From: Octopus bimaculoides
Taxonomy: Eukaryota
Length of the DNA: 40,073 nt
Assembly (NCBI RefSeq): GCF_001194135.2
Contig: NC_068992.1
Span: forward strand, 53,583,799-53,623,871
Reading direction: 5' to 3'
Position numbers and translations under genes: made by a program. Position 1 is the first letter of the stretch, and each line of letters begins with the position of its first letter. Shown here one piece after another: positions 1 through 10,532 of the stretch. A model generated the notes under the pieces. It saw nothing but the letters and a program-made list of their open reading frames with translations, had not been told where the DNA came from and ran no database searches.

Positions 1-711
1 ATATATATATACCATATGACTGTTTTAATATAGTCTCTTATTTGTTAGGTAGCTGATTCTGTGAAATGATTTAAAAAATCAATAAAACAGTTACTATTAG
101 AAGCTTGATTAAAAAATAAATAAAACAACCAAAATGTGTACAATATTATTTACATGTTGCTTTATTTTAATGACGTTTTAAATATATGAGTATAAATTTC
201 AACGTATTTCTATTGTATCTGCTTCTTTACTGCATATTTATTCTGAAGAGAATTTGCTTTTAAGCTACATCTACTTCGATATGTAACAGTTCTCTAAGCT
301 ATATAGCGTTCTTGTATTTGATATTTTTCTGAGACTCATTTTAACTTCATTGTTTTCTAACCGCCTTTATCGTTTTCACACTTTGTAGAACAGAAAATTA
401 TATTAATGTAGATTATTTTCCATGCAGATATCATTGTAGTAATAATAGTTTCCAATTTCTGATATTTCCAACGAATCCACTTATTCAGACTCACCCATCA
501 CGTTCTTTTAAGAGGATTTCAATTCCACTTTTTTACCTACATATTTGTGTTTGTAGTTACAATGAAGAATGTGCTATCTTGAAATAAGAACCTGTTAAAA
601 ACTGTTGAAAATGCTATGATGTATTTCGAGCTCTCTTTTGACGTTCCGGTTTCAATATTTATTGCAGCTGTAATATTTTTGTCATTTTCGTTGTTGGGTC
701 TTTTAATATAT

Positions 712-805
712 ACCCGCCGAGGCTGATTTTGCCTTTCATCTTTTTAGAATAGATGGAATACGTACCAGTTGCGGACTGAGATCGATGTAATCAATCGGCC
801 TGTAC
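712..805 (+). mobile_element. SINE family A, diverged central fragment
   Basis: gccgaggctgattttgcctttcatc...gtaccagttgcggactgagatcgatgtaatc matches the core of the intact family A copies at 9230 and 26569. Confidence 0.75.
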
Positions 806-810
806 ATATT

Positions 811-1065
811 TCATCGATCCATGAAAGAATGTAAAGCAAATTTTACATCGACGGAATTTGAACTCAGAACATAAAGACGGACGAATTGAAAGCAATTTTG
901 AGGGAGATGTTTAGTCGATTACATCGACCCCAGTGCTCAACTGATATACTTAATCTATACCAAAATGGAGGAAAAACAAAGTGGACCTCAGTGCAATAAA
1001 GCCGGATGAAATGCACCTAAGCATTTTTTCTGGCGTGCTAACGATTCTACCAACACACCGCCTTA
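811..1065 (-). mobile_element. SINE family A, two diverged copies in tandem (about 811-890 and 895-1065)
   Basis: ggaatttgaactcagaac (B-box, antisense) at about 855; gtcgattacatcgaccccagtg and ggcgtgctaacgattctacc...ccgcctt in the second copy. Confidence 0.8.
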
Positions 1066-1714
1066 TGAAAATTGCATATTAACAACTGTAATGCTGTTCC
1101 TTATGGATCAATTCAATTACGGTTGACTTGGTGGTAAAGAAATCACAACAATAAATATGTAAAAAGAGTCATAACAATTTAAACAGAATATTTCTTCAAA
1201 GATATCCAACTATACAGTGACTTGTGTTTCAAAGAGCTAATGTTACCATCTTTACAATCATATAGAGCTAATATGTAACAATGAGCTTTCGCTAAAACAA
1301 TAATCGACAATTAAAATTAATAAAAGTGAACTGCTTCCAGTTAACGACGTCAAGTTTCTAGAATGATTTTTATCTCACAAGAAGTAATTGGATTTACTTG
1401 TAAAATATGAAAAAAATTACAGGAACTGTTCGGAAAATCTTTCATTTGCGAGAACAGTACAGAAATTATTAAGTGTCTGAGTACACGTTTCGTTCCTATT
1501 ACATACATCTAAGATATTTGCCGCCTCACATGCACATATGTGCATGATTGTGTACGAATATATATACATATGGCATGTATGTGTATGCGTCTGTGTATGT
1601 GGGAGTGAAGGGGTTATTATGTATTGTACTTCATGCACGTGTGTGTATGTGAATATGACACTAGATAAGAGTCAATATCTGAGACAGGCGAAGTGGTATA
1701 TGAACCTAGATATA

Positions 1715-1930
<216 letters not shown>

Positions 1931-1932
1931 TA

Positions 1933-2762
1933 CACAGGATGCGATAGGTAAATTGTCACCATCTTATATTTTTAATTTTGCACATGGGCATTTTTAACTT
2001 TTAATTTTTTCGACAACACAGTATATAGCAGGATCGGTTGAGCACCGTCTGTGAAGAAAACAACATAATGACGCAATTCACTCTGCCAGAAATTTCAAAA
2101 CGACATGCTACAATACCAACTTTTCAGAATGTTTAGGTGTCAGTCTGAAGACATATTGTTCACAAAACATATATCGAGAGTGAAAAAAAAATCAAACATC
2201 CAGTCAACATCATGGTGTTTGGAGTGATCAGTTGTGATGGCGGCGTTATGCCTCCATTCATCTTCCCACACGGCCTCTGACTCATCATGGAGACCTATAT
2301 CAAGTGCCTGGAGGAGGTAGAGTTGCCTGAGTCAAGGGAGTAGCTGCTAAAAGACCCTATATCTGGGAACAGGATTCTGCACCATGCCACAAAAGCAGGA
2401 GAACCCAGTTATGACTGTCAGTAAATTTCTGGGACCACATCACTCCTAACAATTGGCCACCTAACTTCGCAGACTGCGACTCCTTTGATTAGTGTGTGAG
2501 GCGTAGTTGAGCGAGAGAGCAACATAACTCTTTGTAATACTAAAGATGAACTAAAGGCAAGGATTATGGCGGCATTCAGCAACTTAAACAAGGAGACCAT
2601 CCAGAAGAGTTGCAAGAGATTCCGTAGTACTCTGGAAGCCGTGGTTGAAGCCAATGGCGATTTTATTTAATAGATTTACTCATAAGTATTTCAAGATATT
2701 CATGCAATTTTGGTAAATAAATCTGTTAAAATGAGTTGTCAGTCTTATTTCTATTACACACA
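1933..2762 (+). mobile_element. Degenerate, internally deleted Tc1/mariner transposon, maT (DD37D) family
   Basis: 2188-2670 translates with frameshifts and stops to KIKHPVNIMVFGVISCDGGVMPPFIFPHGL*...KRPYIWEQDSAPCHKSRRTQL*LSVNFWDHITPNNWPPNFADCDSFD*..GVVERESN...KDELKARIMAAFSNLNKETIQKSCKRFRSTLEAVVEANGDFI*. The catalytic D (GAT 2373) and last D (GAT 2487) are separated by 37 codons. Degenerate terminal inverted repeats near 1935-1960 and 2735-2760; the ends are approximate. Confidence 0.9.
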
Positions 2763-3388
2763 TAGCGCGCGCACACGCACACTCACACCCACATATATAT
2801 TTGTGCTTGCACTGTATAAGCATGTATGTTTAAAGACTTGTTATTGCATCATTTATTTGCGAATGCGCACGCGCACACACAAACCACGTGTACATATACA
2901 TAATATATAGTTAACTGTATCTGTTATGTCTCTTTATTATTAGTATTTCTGTTGCCGCAATCTGACATGAGAATCTTAGCTATTTCTTTCAGTGGGAAAG
3001 ATGGGAATCATTTGATCTCTGTCAGCTGAAACCCCTTAGATGCTTGGCAGAGTTCTAGATAACAAACAAGCTAAGCAGAATATCTGTAATAAATCTTCTT
3101 ATGTAGAGGAGTCAAGTTTAACCTGCTGTGTGAAGAATACTGTATGGAACTTATTAGCGTCTAAGAAAATTGCGTCATTGGTAAAAAGTTAGCTGTTGGG
3201 AAATCATTGAAAACTTGATGATATTATCTTCTACCTGAATGTATAGTCCGTTGTGAGATCTGTGAATGCCCAATTAACTAAGTCTAAACCCCATATTGTA
3301 TGGTGTAAGACCAAATAATAAAAGCCCACGAATTGCAGTCATCAAGTTCTTCTTTCTCTAATTGTTGATATATATATATATAGATCGG

Positions 3389-4146
3389 NNNNNNNNNNNN
3401 NNNNNNNNNNNNNNNNNNNNNNNNNNNNNNNNNNNNNNNNNNNNNNNNNNNNNNNNNNNNNNNNNNNNNNNNNNNNNNNNNNNNNNNNNNNNNNNNNNNN
3501 NNNNNNNNNNNNNNNNNNNNNNNNNNNNNNNNNNNNNNNNNNNNNNNNNNNNNNNNNNNNNNNNNNNNNNNNNNNNNNNNNNNNNNNNNNNNNNNNNNNN
3601 NNNNNNNNNNNNNNNNNNNNNNNNNNNNNNNNNNNNNNNNNNNNNNNNNNNNNNNNNNNNNNNNNNNNNNNNNNNNNNNNNNNNNNNNNNNNNNNNNNNN
3701 NNNNNNNNNNNNNNNNNNNNNNNNNNNNNNNNNNNNNNNNNNNNNNNNNNNNNNNNNNNNNNNNNNNNNNNNNNNNNNNNNNNNNNNNNNNNNNNNNNNN
3801 NNNNNNNNNNNNNNNNNNNNNNNNNNNNNNNNNNNNNNNNNNNNNNNNNNNNNNNNNNNNNNNNNNNNNNNNNNNNNNNNNNNNNNNNNNNNNNNNNNNN
3901 NNNNNNNNNNNNNNNNNNNNNNNNNNNNNNNNNNNNNNNNNNNNNNNNNNNNNNNNNNNNNNNNNNNNNNNNNNNNNNNNNNNNNNNNNNNNNNNNNNNN
4001 NNNNNNNNNNNNNNNNNNNNNNNNNNNNNNNNNNNNNNNNNNNNNNNNNNNNNNNNNNNNNNNNNNNNNNNNNNNNNNNNNNNNNNNNNNNNNNNNNNNN
4101 NNNNNNNNNNNNNNNNNNNNNNNNNNNNNNNNNNNNNNNNNNNNNN
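3389..4146. other. Assembly gap
   Basis: Run of N. Confidence 1.
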
Positions 4147-4165
4147 ATATATATATATATATATA

Positions 4166-4467
4166 GGCGTAGGAGTGGCTGTGTAGTAAATAGCTTGCTT
4201 ACGAACCACATGGTTCTGGGTTCAGTCTCACTGCGTGGCACCTTGGGGAAGTGTCTTCTATTATAGCTTCGGGCCGACCAGAGCCTTGTGAGTGGATTTG
4301 GTAGACGGAAACTGAAAGAAGCTCGTCACATATATAACTTAGCGGTTGGATACAATAAGTACTAGGCTTACAAAAATAAGTTGCGGGAGTCGATTTGCTC
4401 GACTAAAAGGCGGTGATACAGCATGGCCACAATCAAATGACTGAAAGAAGTAGAAGTGTAAAAGAGT
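4166..4467 (+). mobile_element. tRNA-derived SINE family B, near full length
   Basis: Head ggcgtaggagtggctgtgtag (A-box-like) ...gggttcagtctc (B-box-like), then gcaccttggggaagtgtcttc, gtagacggaaactgaaagaag and tail caaatgactgaaagaagtag...aaaagagta. Homologous copy on the minus strand at 37651-37810. Confidence 0.9.
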
Positions 4468-5886
4468 ATATATATATATATAGTTACTCTATTGCAACAT
4501 CTCATATTTGTTTATCTTCTGTAACATAAATTATACATAGTGAAATTGCTCGATACTTTTCTGAGCTGAGGTCCCACTTGGTAGGTTGCTGGTTTCAATG
4601 GATGTGACCCTGATGCGTAAGAATACTAATTTAGACGGCTGATGAAATGGGGTCACTTCGTAGTACTGTTTTACGGTTTACAGCAGTCGCATATTTCATG
4701 TACTGTAGTGACCTTACAGAGATTTCCATCGTTTATATAGCCACACACACACAGACATTTGTTTTCAAGACAATTCCATCCTCTTGGAGCGTAGTTAAAT
4801 ACTTATCGGCAGTTGCAACCGACACCGAACGAGGTGCAAAAATAATTTAAAGACATAAGCAACTCTCTGATATTAAACTGCATTGATGGAAGATCAGACA
4901 TTTTTCTTCTAGTGAAATGAGATTTGCCGTAAATACCTGTTTCTGTTCCTACAGGATTCAATAGTACAGTAATTGTCCTACTTCGATTCATAGTTACATA
5001 TAATCATTGCTTTAATATCATCAACGAAATTCTACCGGGTTCTTGATTCAACTACTTGAACCACTCTCATGATGTAAACAGTGAACTTTATAGAAAAAAA
5101 TCTATCCTATCTTTTCTCTTCTTTATCCTCCCTCTATCTCATCTTTTTCATTCCCTCTCTATCATTCACTCTTCTCTATTCTTTATCCTTTATTTCATCC
5201 TTTCTCTCTCTCTCTTTCTCACTCTGTCTCTTCTGTGTCCCTCCTTGTCTCATTTCTATACCTCCCGATCTTTGTTCGTTGATTTCTTATTGTTTTACCA
5301 TCTGGCGTATAATATTATTTTATCCTTAAATTGACGTGACACAAACTGCAACACTGCAACATATAAGAAACCTTGCGCTGTAAGAACTGTATTTAATATT
5401 AAAAGAACGTTCTACATACCTTTCTAGAATATACACTCGTAAGTTCTACCTTTTCCCTTTATTTTAAAAATCAGAAACTATTCCCCATTCTAAAGCTTGA
5501 ACGATAAAGGATGAAATGCTTTTGAAGTGTTGCTATCTTATATATGCGAACGTTAGCTTCGTTGATTGCAATGTTCCAACTGAACAATCCCTTGTGTAGC
5601 TCATATTGGTTGCGTACGAAAACTTAATGAAGATATTGGACGTTTCTCTATACAGTCACTGAAGCGCAGAGAAATCGTAGCTAAATCTTCCTTAAATCAC
5701 AATTTTCTTTGAAATAAAAGGATGATATACTAGATAATGAAATGTCACGTTTCCGAGACATGCTTGCTGTTGGGGAATCTGAATATTTTATCAATTTTAT
5801 CCCCACTGCCGGTTTCGGCATTTCGTTCTGTGACCTCAATCGTCCTGCTTTTTTGTAAAGAATGTGAACTATACTACCTCGAGTAC

Positions 5887-6140
5887 AGAAATACATATTA
5901 ATCTAACTTCCAATGAATTAGTTTCTTTGGTTTCGTCATTTTAATTGTGCTGTCTTTTCTCTTGTGTCTTTGGCATTCATCTCTCATACGTTCTTATTTA
6001 TTTTAATTCTAGAAATACATATTAATGCAGCTTCTATCTAAGTTTCATTTAGCTTATTCATTTTAGTTTTACCCGTATCATTCAATGTGCCTTTCGCACT
6101 CGAGTCACTCATTCATCTCTCAAATATTCTTTAATTTTAA
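5887..6140 (+). repeat. Diverged tandem duplication, period about 125-135 bp
   Basis: agaaatacatattaat at 5887 and 6011; cattcatctctca at 5974 and 6110. Confidence 0.7.
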
Positions 6141-6828
6141 TCCGGTTTAGGAACCACTCCGAATTTTCACCGCATAAGTGCAGTAGCTGTCAGATTAGTC
6201 TCAACTAATGCAATTAAAGATAAATGGGATTGCCACGGTTAGAATGACCTTTATCCTGAACCTCCTAAATGAAAGATATTCTGTAGTTAACTATTTGTCT
6301 CGTTTTTGAAAGAACACATTTACAGCTGTAGAACTGTATACTGTACGAATTAAATGCATTCTCTTCAAACTTGCCTTTTATCATAGATTTGTTTCTTTTT
6401 AATTTGCAAACGTATCACTTATGTAAACTGTATATGGTTCAAAATGATCAATCTTGCATTGTCACTAATTTCGTTTATTCTATTTGCTGTTCACAAGAAA
6501 ATATTTAGAGGCAGTCAGGCGGTTTGGTTTGCATTTTATCTTGTGTATAAGCCAAACATTTCAAAAGTTTCTCTTGCGTTGAGATTGTTAGCTAAGTTAA
6601 AAGCAAGCGGCGAAATTATATAAAACATTAACTCCGTAGATTATGGATTAGTGACTCGAGAATTATGAGTTCCAGCGATGTCATGCAGCAGCATCTGTTC
6701 AACTCTTTTGGTTTTGGCTGTCTTGATTTGATTTGCCTACGTCGATTCCTTGGCTTGTTGCAAATTTGTAATATACGTTAACACTCTTCCAAGGAGAGGG
6801 TTTAGACAGCGTTGGTGGAGATCATTTG

Positions 6829-6900
6829 CTATATAATATACATCATATTTTCAGCTAAGATTCTATTGATGTCAATGTTGCCGTTAATCATTCCAGCAAT
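6829..6900 (-). CDS. Candidate terminal exon (F)
   Basis: Acceptor ttacttattttacag; phase 0 reads IAGMINGNIDINRILAENMMYII*, but phase 0 does not join the B-E chain. Confidence 0.2.
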   Translation of the reverse strand: MAGMINGNIDINRILAENMMYII

Positions 6901-7041
6901 CTGTAAAATAAGTAACAATCGCTAAAAACATTTTAACAGACAACATACTCTTCAAAATTATGTAGCGTTGTATGTAGGATAAAAAGAATACAGACTTTGT
7001 CTGTATGGACTTTTTTTTTACAATACCGGGTATTCGGGAAT

Positions 7042-7087
<46 letters not shown>

Positions 7088-7367
7088 CTTTTTGAAATTT
7101 ATTCTATCAATTAGTAAAACTAATATTGATCTGTTTTATTATTTGTCCTCATATTTAATTTTGAAAACTGAATCAGTTTACTAAACAGCAGAACATGAAC
7201 TGTTTTCAATTATCTTCCTATGTATTTTAGTAATTATTATCAGCTAATATCACTCATTAATCAATAAAAGAACTGATACCGACAATCAAAAAACAAAACA
7301 AAAAGTCCTTTAATTTCATCCGATATACTTTCGTTTCCTTTCTAATCTGTATCAATAGTCTTCACCT

Positions 7368-7468
7368 CTACCCACTCCAGCCTCCATCTCTTTTCCATAT
7401 CATATAGAAGTCATCGTTTTCAGAGACAGCTATATAATTTTCGTTAGCAACAACAACGATTGGCACAC
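7368..7468 (-). CDS. Candidate exon (E), possibly terminal
   Basis: Strong acceptor cactttttttttacag; phase 1 frame (G)VPIVVVANENYIAVSENDDFYMIWKRDGGWSG*; the other two frames stop within 13 codons. Confidence 0.4.
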
Positions 7469-7946
7469 CTGTAAAAAAAAAGTGTCTGATAATTAATCTT
7501 ATCTTCCAATTCACATGCATGTCATTTGAGGAGGATATTTAATACTTTATATATTTATTTGATTTCCAATTCCATTAATTATAGAATGCACATCTCTGTT
7601 TTATTATCTCCCGTTAACTATATCACTATATCGCATTTCCTTCCAATATCTCACCCATAATGGAAGCCTTATGTAAATACACACAAACATGGAGGGGGAG
7701 AGAGAGAGAGAGAGAAACGCACAACGTTATATATATGCGTAAGTGAACTTTCATGAGTGATGACAGTGAGTAAACCAGTTGTGTGGTGAAGTGAACTACC
7801 TACTCTTTGAAGTCACGTATACATGGAGTGTCCTATAGACGCGTGAACTCTTAACGTAAATCTGAGACTGGAGTAAGTATGATGCAGTGTGTAACAAAGC
7901 TGGTACTTCTGAATTACAAGTCAAAGTCATTGTATGGGTTACCAAG

Positions 7947-8066
7947 TTCCATACAATTTCTGTCTCTGAAATTTAATCATGAGGCATTGGTCGATCTGAG
8001 CCCATAGTGGTGCAGACTTGGCCAAGGTGCTTCTCAGAGTAACTGAACAGGATATCATATGGTAGG
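7947..8066 (-). mobile_element. SINE family B, old diverged fragment
   Basis: Reverse complement caccttggccaagtc...gatcgaccaatgcctcatga...gacagaaattgtatggaa aligns with the family B core. Confidence 0.55.
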
Positions 8067-8086
8067 CCACATATGGCTTGCCTTTT

Positions 8087-8240
8087 TGAGTGTGTGTGTG
8101 TGTCTCTCTCTCTCTCGTCCTCTTTCCATATATGCATATGCGTGTGTGTGTGTGTGAGTGTGTGTGTGTGTGAGTGTGTGTGTGTGTGTGTGAGTGTGTG
8201 TGCGTGTCTGTGTGTGAGTGTGTGTGCGTGTGTGTGTGTG
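8087..8240. repeat. Compound (TG)n/(CT)n microsatellite
   Basis: Direct reading. Confidence 0.95.
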
Positions 8241-8359
8241 TTTAGCAGAAGCAACACAGTAACTCAAGGACCGAGAGTTTCAGGAGTTGACACTTATTTG
8301 ATAAATTCCAAAGCACGAACCTCCTGGCCCCTGAGTTACTGTGTTGCTTTTGCTAAACA
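8239..8359. repeat. 121-bp inverted repeat (hairpin or tiny MITE)
   Basis: Left arm tgtttagcagaagcaacacagtaactca (8239-8266) is 27/28 identical to the reverse complement of 8332-8359; 36/42 over the extended arms; spacer about 37 nt. Confidence 0.9.
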
Positions 8360-8860
8360 TTATTATATACGTGCTCGTATTTTGAGCTCTATTTTCCTGT
8401 TTCTATCACCATACCTATACACACACACATACACTCTCACACGCTCACACACACACACACATATAACATGTCCTATAGCATAATATAATGTAATATACGC
8501 GCACACACAAACAGAGGAATAGACAGTAAGATAAACAAACGGATAGGGAAAAGCAAACATACAAGATTAGCTCATAGATTTCTTGCAAGTAATCTCTATT
8601 CTTTTCTCTCGTATTTTACCATATTGTCTCTGCCTCACACCTACTACACCATACGCTAACAAACAACCCAATATTCTCCTGATATACTGTGTACTTTAAT
8701 TTTGATTTTTGCCTTTGATTATTTCATATCGTGTTGTTGCTTAATGCAATTGTTAAAGTAGGTCAGCTGTCTGAAAGTATCTATCATGACCCTAGCCAAG
8801 AAAAGGATTTTAACTTGGCAATCCAAATAAAGTCACGATCGTAATTTATACAATACTCAC

Positions 8861-8896
8861 CATTTTTGACATCTCTGTTGTAGTAAACCATCCTAG
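8861..8896 (-). CDS. Candidate 36-nt symmetric exon (D)
   Basis: Strong donor aaatg|gtgagt, acceptor cctaactgtaaatag; phase 1 to 1: (A)RMVYYNRDVKN. Confidence 0.35.
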
Positions 8897-9179
8897 CTAT
8901 TTACAGTTAGGTGAAGAATTGAGCCAAGTTAAGAAGATATTGGAAACCGACCTAGTGATTGGCTGTTCCTGGCACAGAGTTCTGTCCATGACAAAGACAA
9001 TTAACTATGAATAGATGAGTCTACTTCCCTCTAAATAGGCAGTGTAGCAGCATAATACATTGCTGTATGCTGTAGCAAGAAAACTAGAAATCATTAGCTT
9101 CTAATATCGAGTTCTAAGTTCAATTCTTGAAACCAGAAAAGGCACTTAAAGTAATTCAATGTTCAGCAGATTATTACTG

Positions 9180-9229
<50 letters not shown>

Positions 9230-9231
<2 letters not shown>

Positions 9232-9444
9232 AGGAGCCAGCTGACAGAGTTGTTAGCACGCCGGGCAAAATGCTTAGCGGCATTTTGTCTATCTTTACGT
9301 TCTGACTTCAAATTCCGCCAAGGTCGACTTTGCCTTTCATCCTTTCAGGGTCGATGAAATACATGACAGTCAGGCACTGGAGTGGATGTGATCGACTAGC
9401 AGCACTTCCTGCAAATTTTAGGCCTTGTGCCTATAGTATAAATG

Positions 9445-9482
<38 letters not shown>
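9230..9482 (+). mobile_element. tRNA-derived SINE family A, full length with (ATT)n tail
   Basis: gttagcacgccgggcaaaatgcttagcggc, B-box gacttcaaattcc, core gccaaggtcgactttgcctttcatcctttcagggtcgatgaaa, tail ggccttgtgcctatagta(att)n; also preceded by (ATT)n at 9184-9230. Confidence 0.9.
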
Positions 9483-9483
<1 letters not shown>

Positions 9484-9705
9484 GGATGTCAAAAACTGGA
9501 AAAGTCATTGGAACGTCGGATAAATCACTTGGCAGCATTTCTTCCAACTTTATGTTCTGAATGCAAATCTCACCTAGACCGTTGTACCTTTCATCGAATC
9601 GGGGTCGATTATATAAGTACGAGTTGACCACTGGTGGTCGATGATGTGGACTTGCCTCCTCACCCTAACATTGCTGTCTTTATGCCAAGAATTCAAAACA
9701 ATTAC
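9483..9705 (+). mobile_element. SINE family A, older diverged copy
   Basis: ggcagcatttcttccaactttatgttctgaatgcaaatc...cctttcatcgaatcggggtcgattatataagtac...ttgctgtctttatgccaagaattcaaaac. Confidence 0.7.
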
Positions 9706-10262
9706 TTTTATTGCTGCTCTTGTACTTTTTAATAATGTATAGACTGAGAGTTCCAGGAGTGCTCTCTAAACTTCCATGTTGCTGAAATTTTTTCCTATCA
9801 AGAAATGATTTAATCAGTTAATAGGATTGCGATTCTCTCCTGCCGTTTCTGATTTTCCTGTGACTATAACAGCAAATATTAAATATATTAGCTAATAGTT
9901 ACAGATTACAGTTTTTGATAAGATTTAAAGCATCTTAATCGAAGTTAAACAGTTGACCGTCGGCAGGTTTTACTGTGTAGCACCCTAGAAACTCAACTAG
10001 GTCTAGTGTTCGTACTTGCTTATTATAGCAGAATGCTAAGGTTCTGATCAAAAGGCTGAAATTAATCTTAGTCAGAGCAGTGACAATGATTTACATGGGA
10101 AATATCTGAAAAGGGTAAATAGTCCAGAAGGTCGACGTTCTGTGTAATGATAGTTCATTATATAATCTCTATGTATTAGAATTAAAATAGTTTACGTTCC
10201 CACTTTGAGCATTCCTGAACATGTAGTTTACTAAAGATTAATCGGATACTATCATGACTTGC

Positions 10263-10306
10263 CTTGGTAAAATGGGCTCTCATTACGTAATTGGGTGTTC
10301 AGGAAC
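10263..10306 (-). CDS. Candidate 44-nt internal exon (C) with GC donor
   Basis: Acceptor atttaactag (weak), donor caag|gcaagt; only one frame is open (phase 2 to 1): FLNTQLRNESPFYQ. Confidence 0.25.
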
Positions 10307-10492
10307 CTAGTTAAATATTTTAGTGTTTAGAATTTACATAATCGTTAAAATTAAGGTGAAATGAAAACGAGACAATATATGTTGAGTAGTCAAGTAAAGT
10401 TTCTATACATATTCAAGTTCCGTCAGGTCGTGATCGTTGTAATCATAGCATCGTGACGTAGTTCAGTGAAGAGGAAATCAGTGCTAACGTAC

Positions 10493-10532
10493 CATGGAGA
10501 CAACATTGACGAACTTGGTTTTATTTCGTTTA
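10493..10532 (-). CDS. Candidate 40-nt internal exon (B) of an unknown gene
   Basis: Acceptor agttttctcacag, donor ccatg|gtacgt; phase 1 to 2; reads NEIKPSSSMLSP(W). Confidence 0.3.

Noticed and set aside
2418-2654. 78-aa minus-strand ORF
   Set aside because: It is the antisense of the maT transposase remnant.
4166-4240. tRNA genes at SINE heads
   Set aside because: A/B-box-like motifs are present but no cloverleaf, and they continue into SINE bodies.
3342-4241. Long ORFs of 100-380 aa spanning N runs (all eight gaps)
   Set aside because: Length comes from unknown bases translated as X.
8907-9014. Plus-strand frame LGEELSQVKKILETDLVIGCSWHRVLSMTKTINYE* after gctatttacag
   Set aside because: No donor, no partner exon, no recognisable family; it lies next to the better-supported minus-strand exon D.
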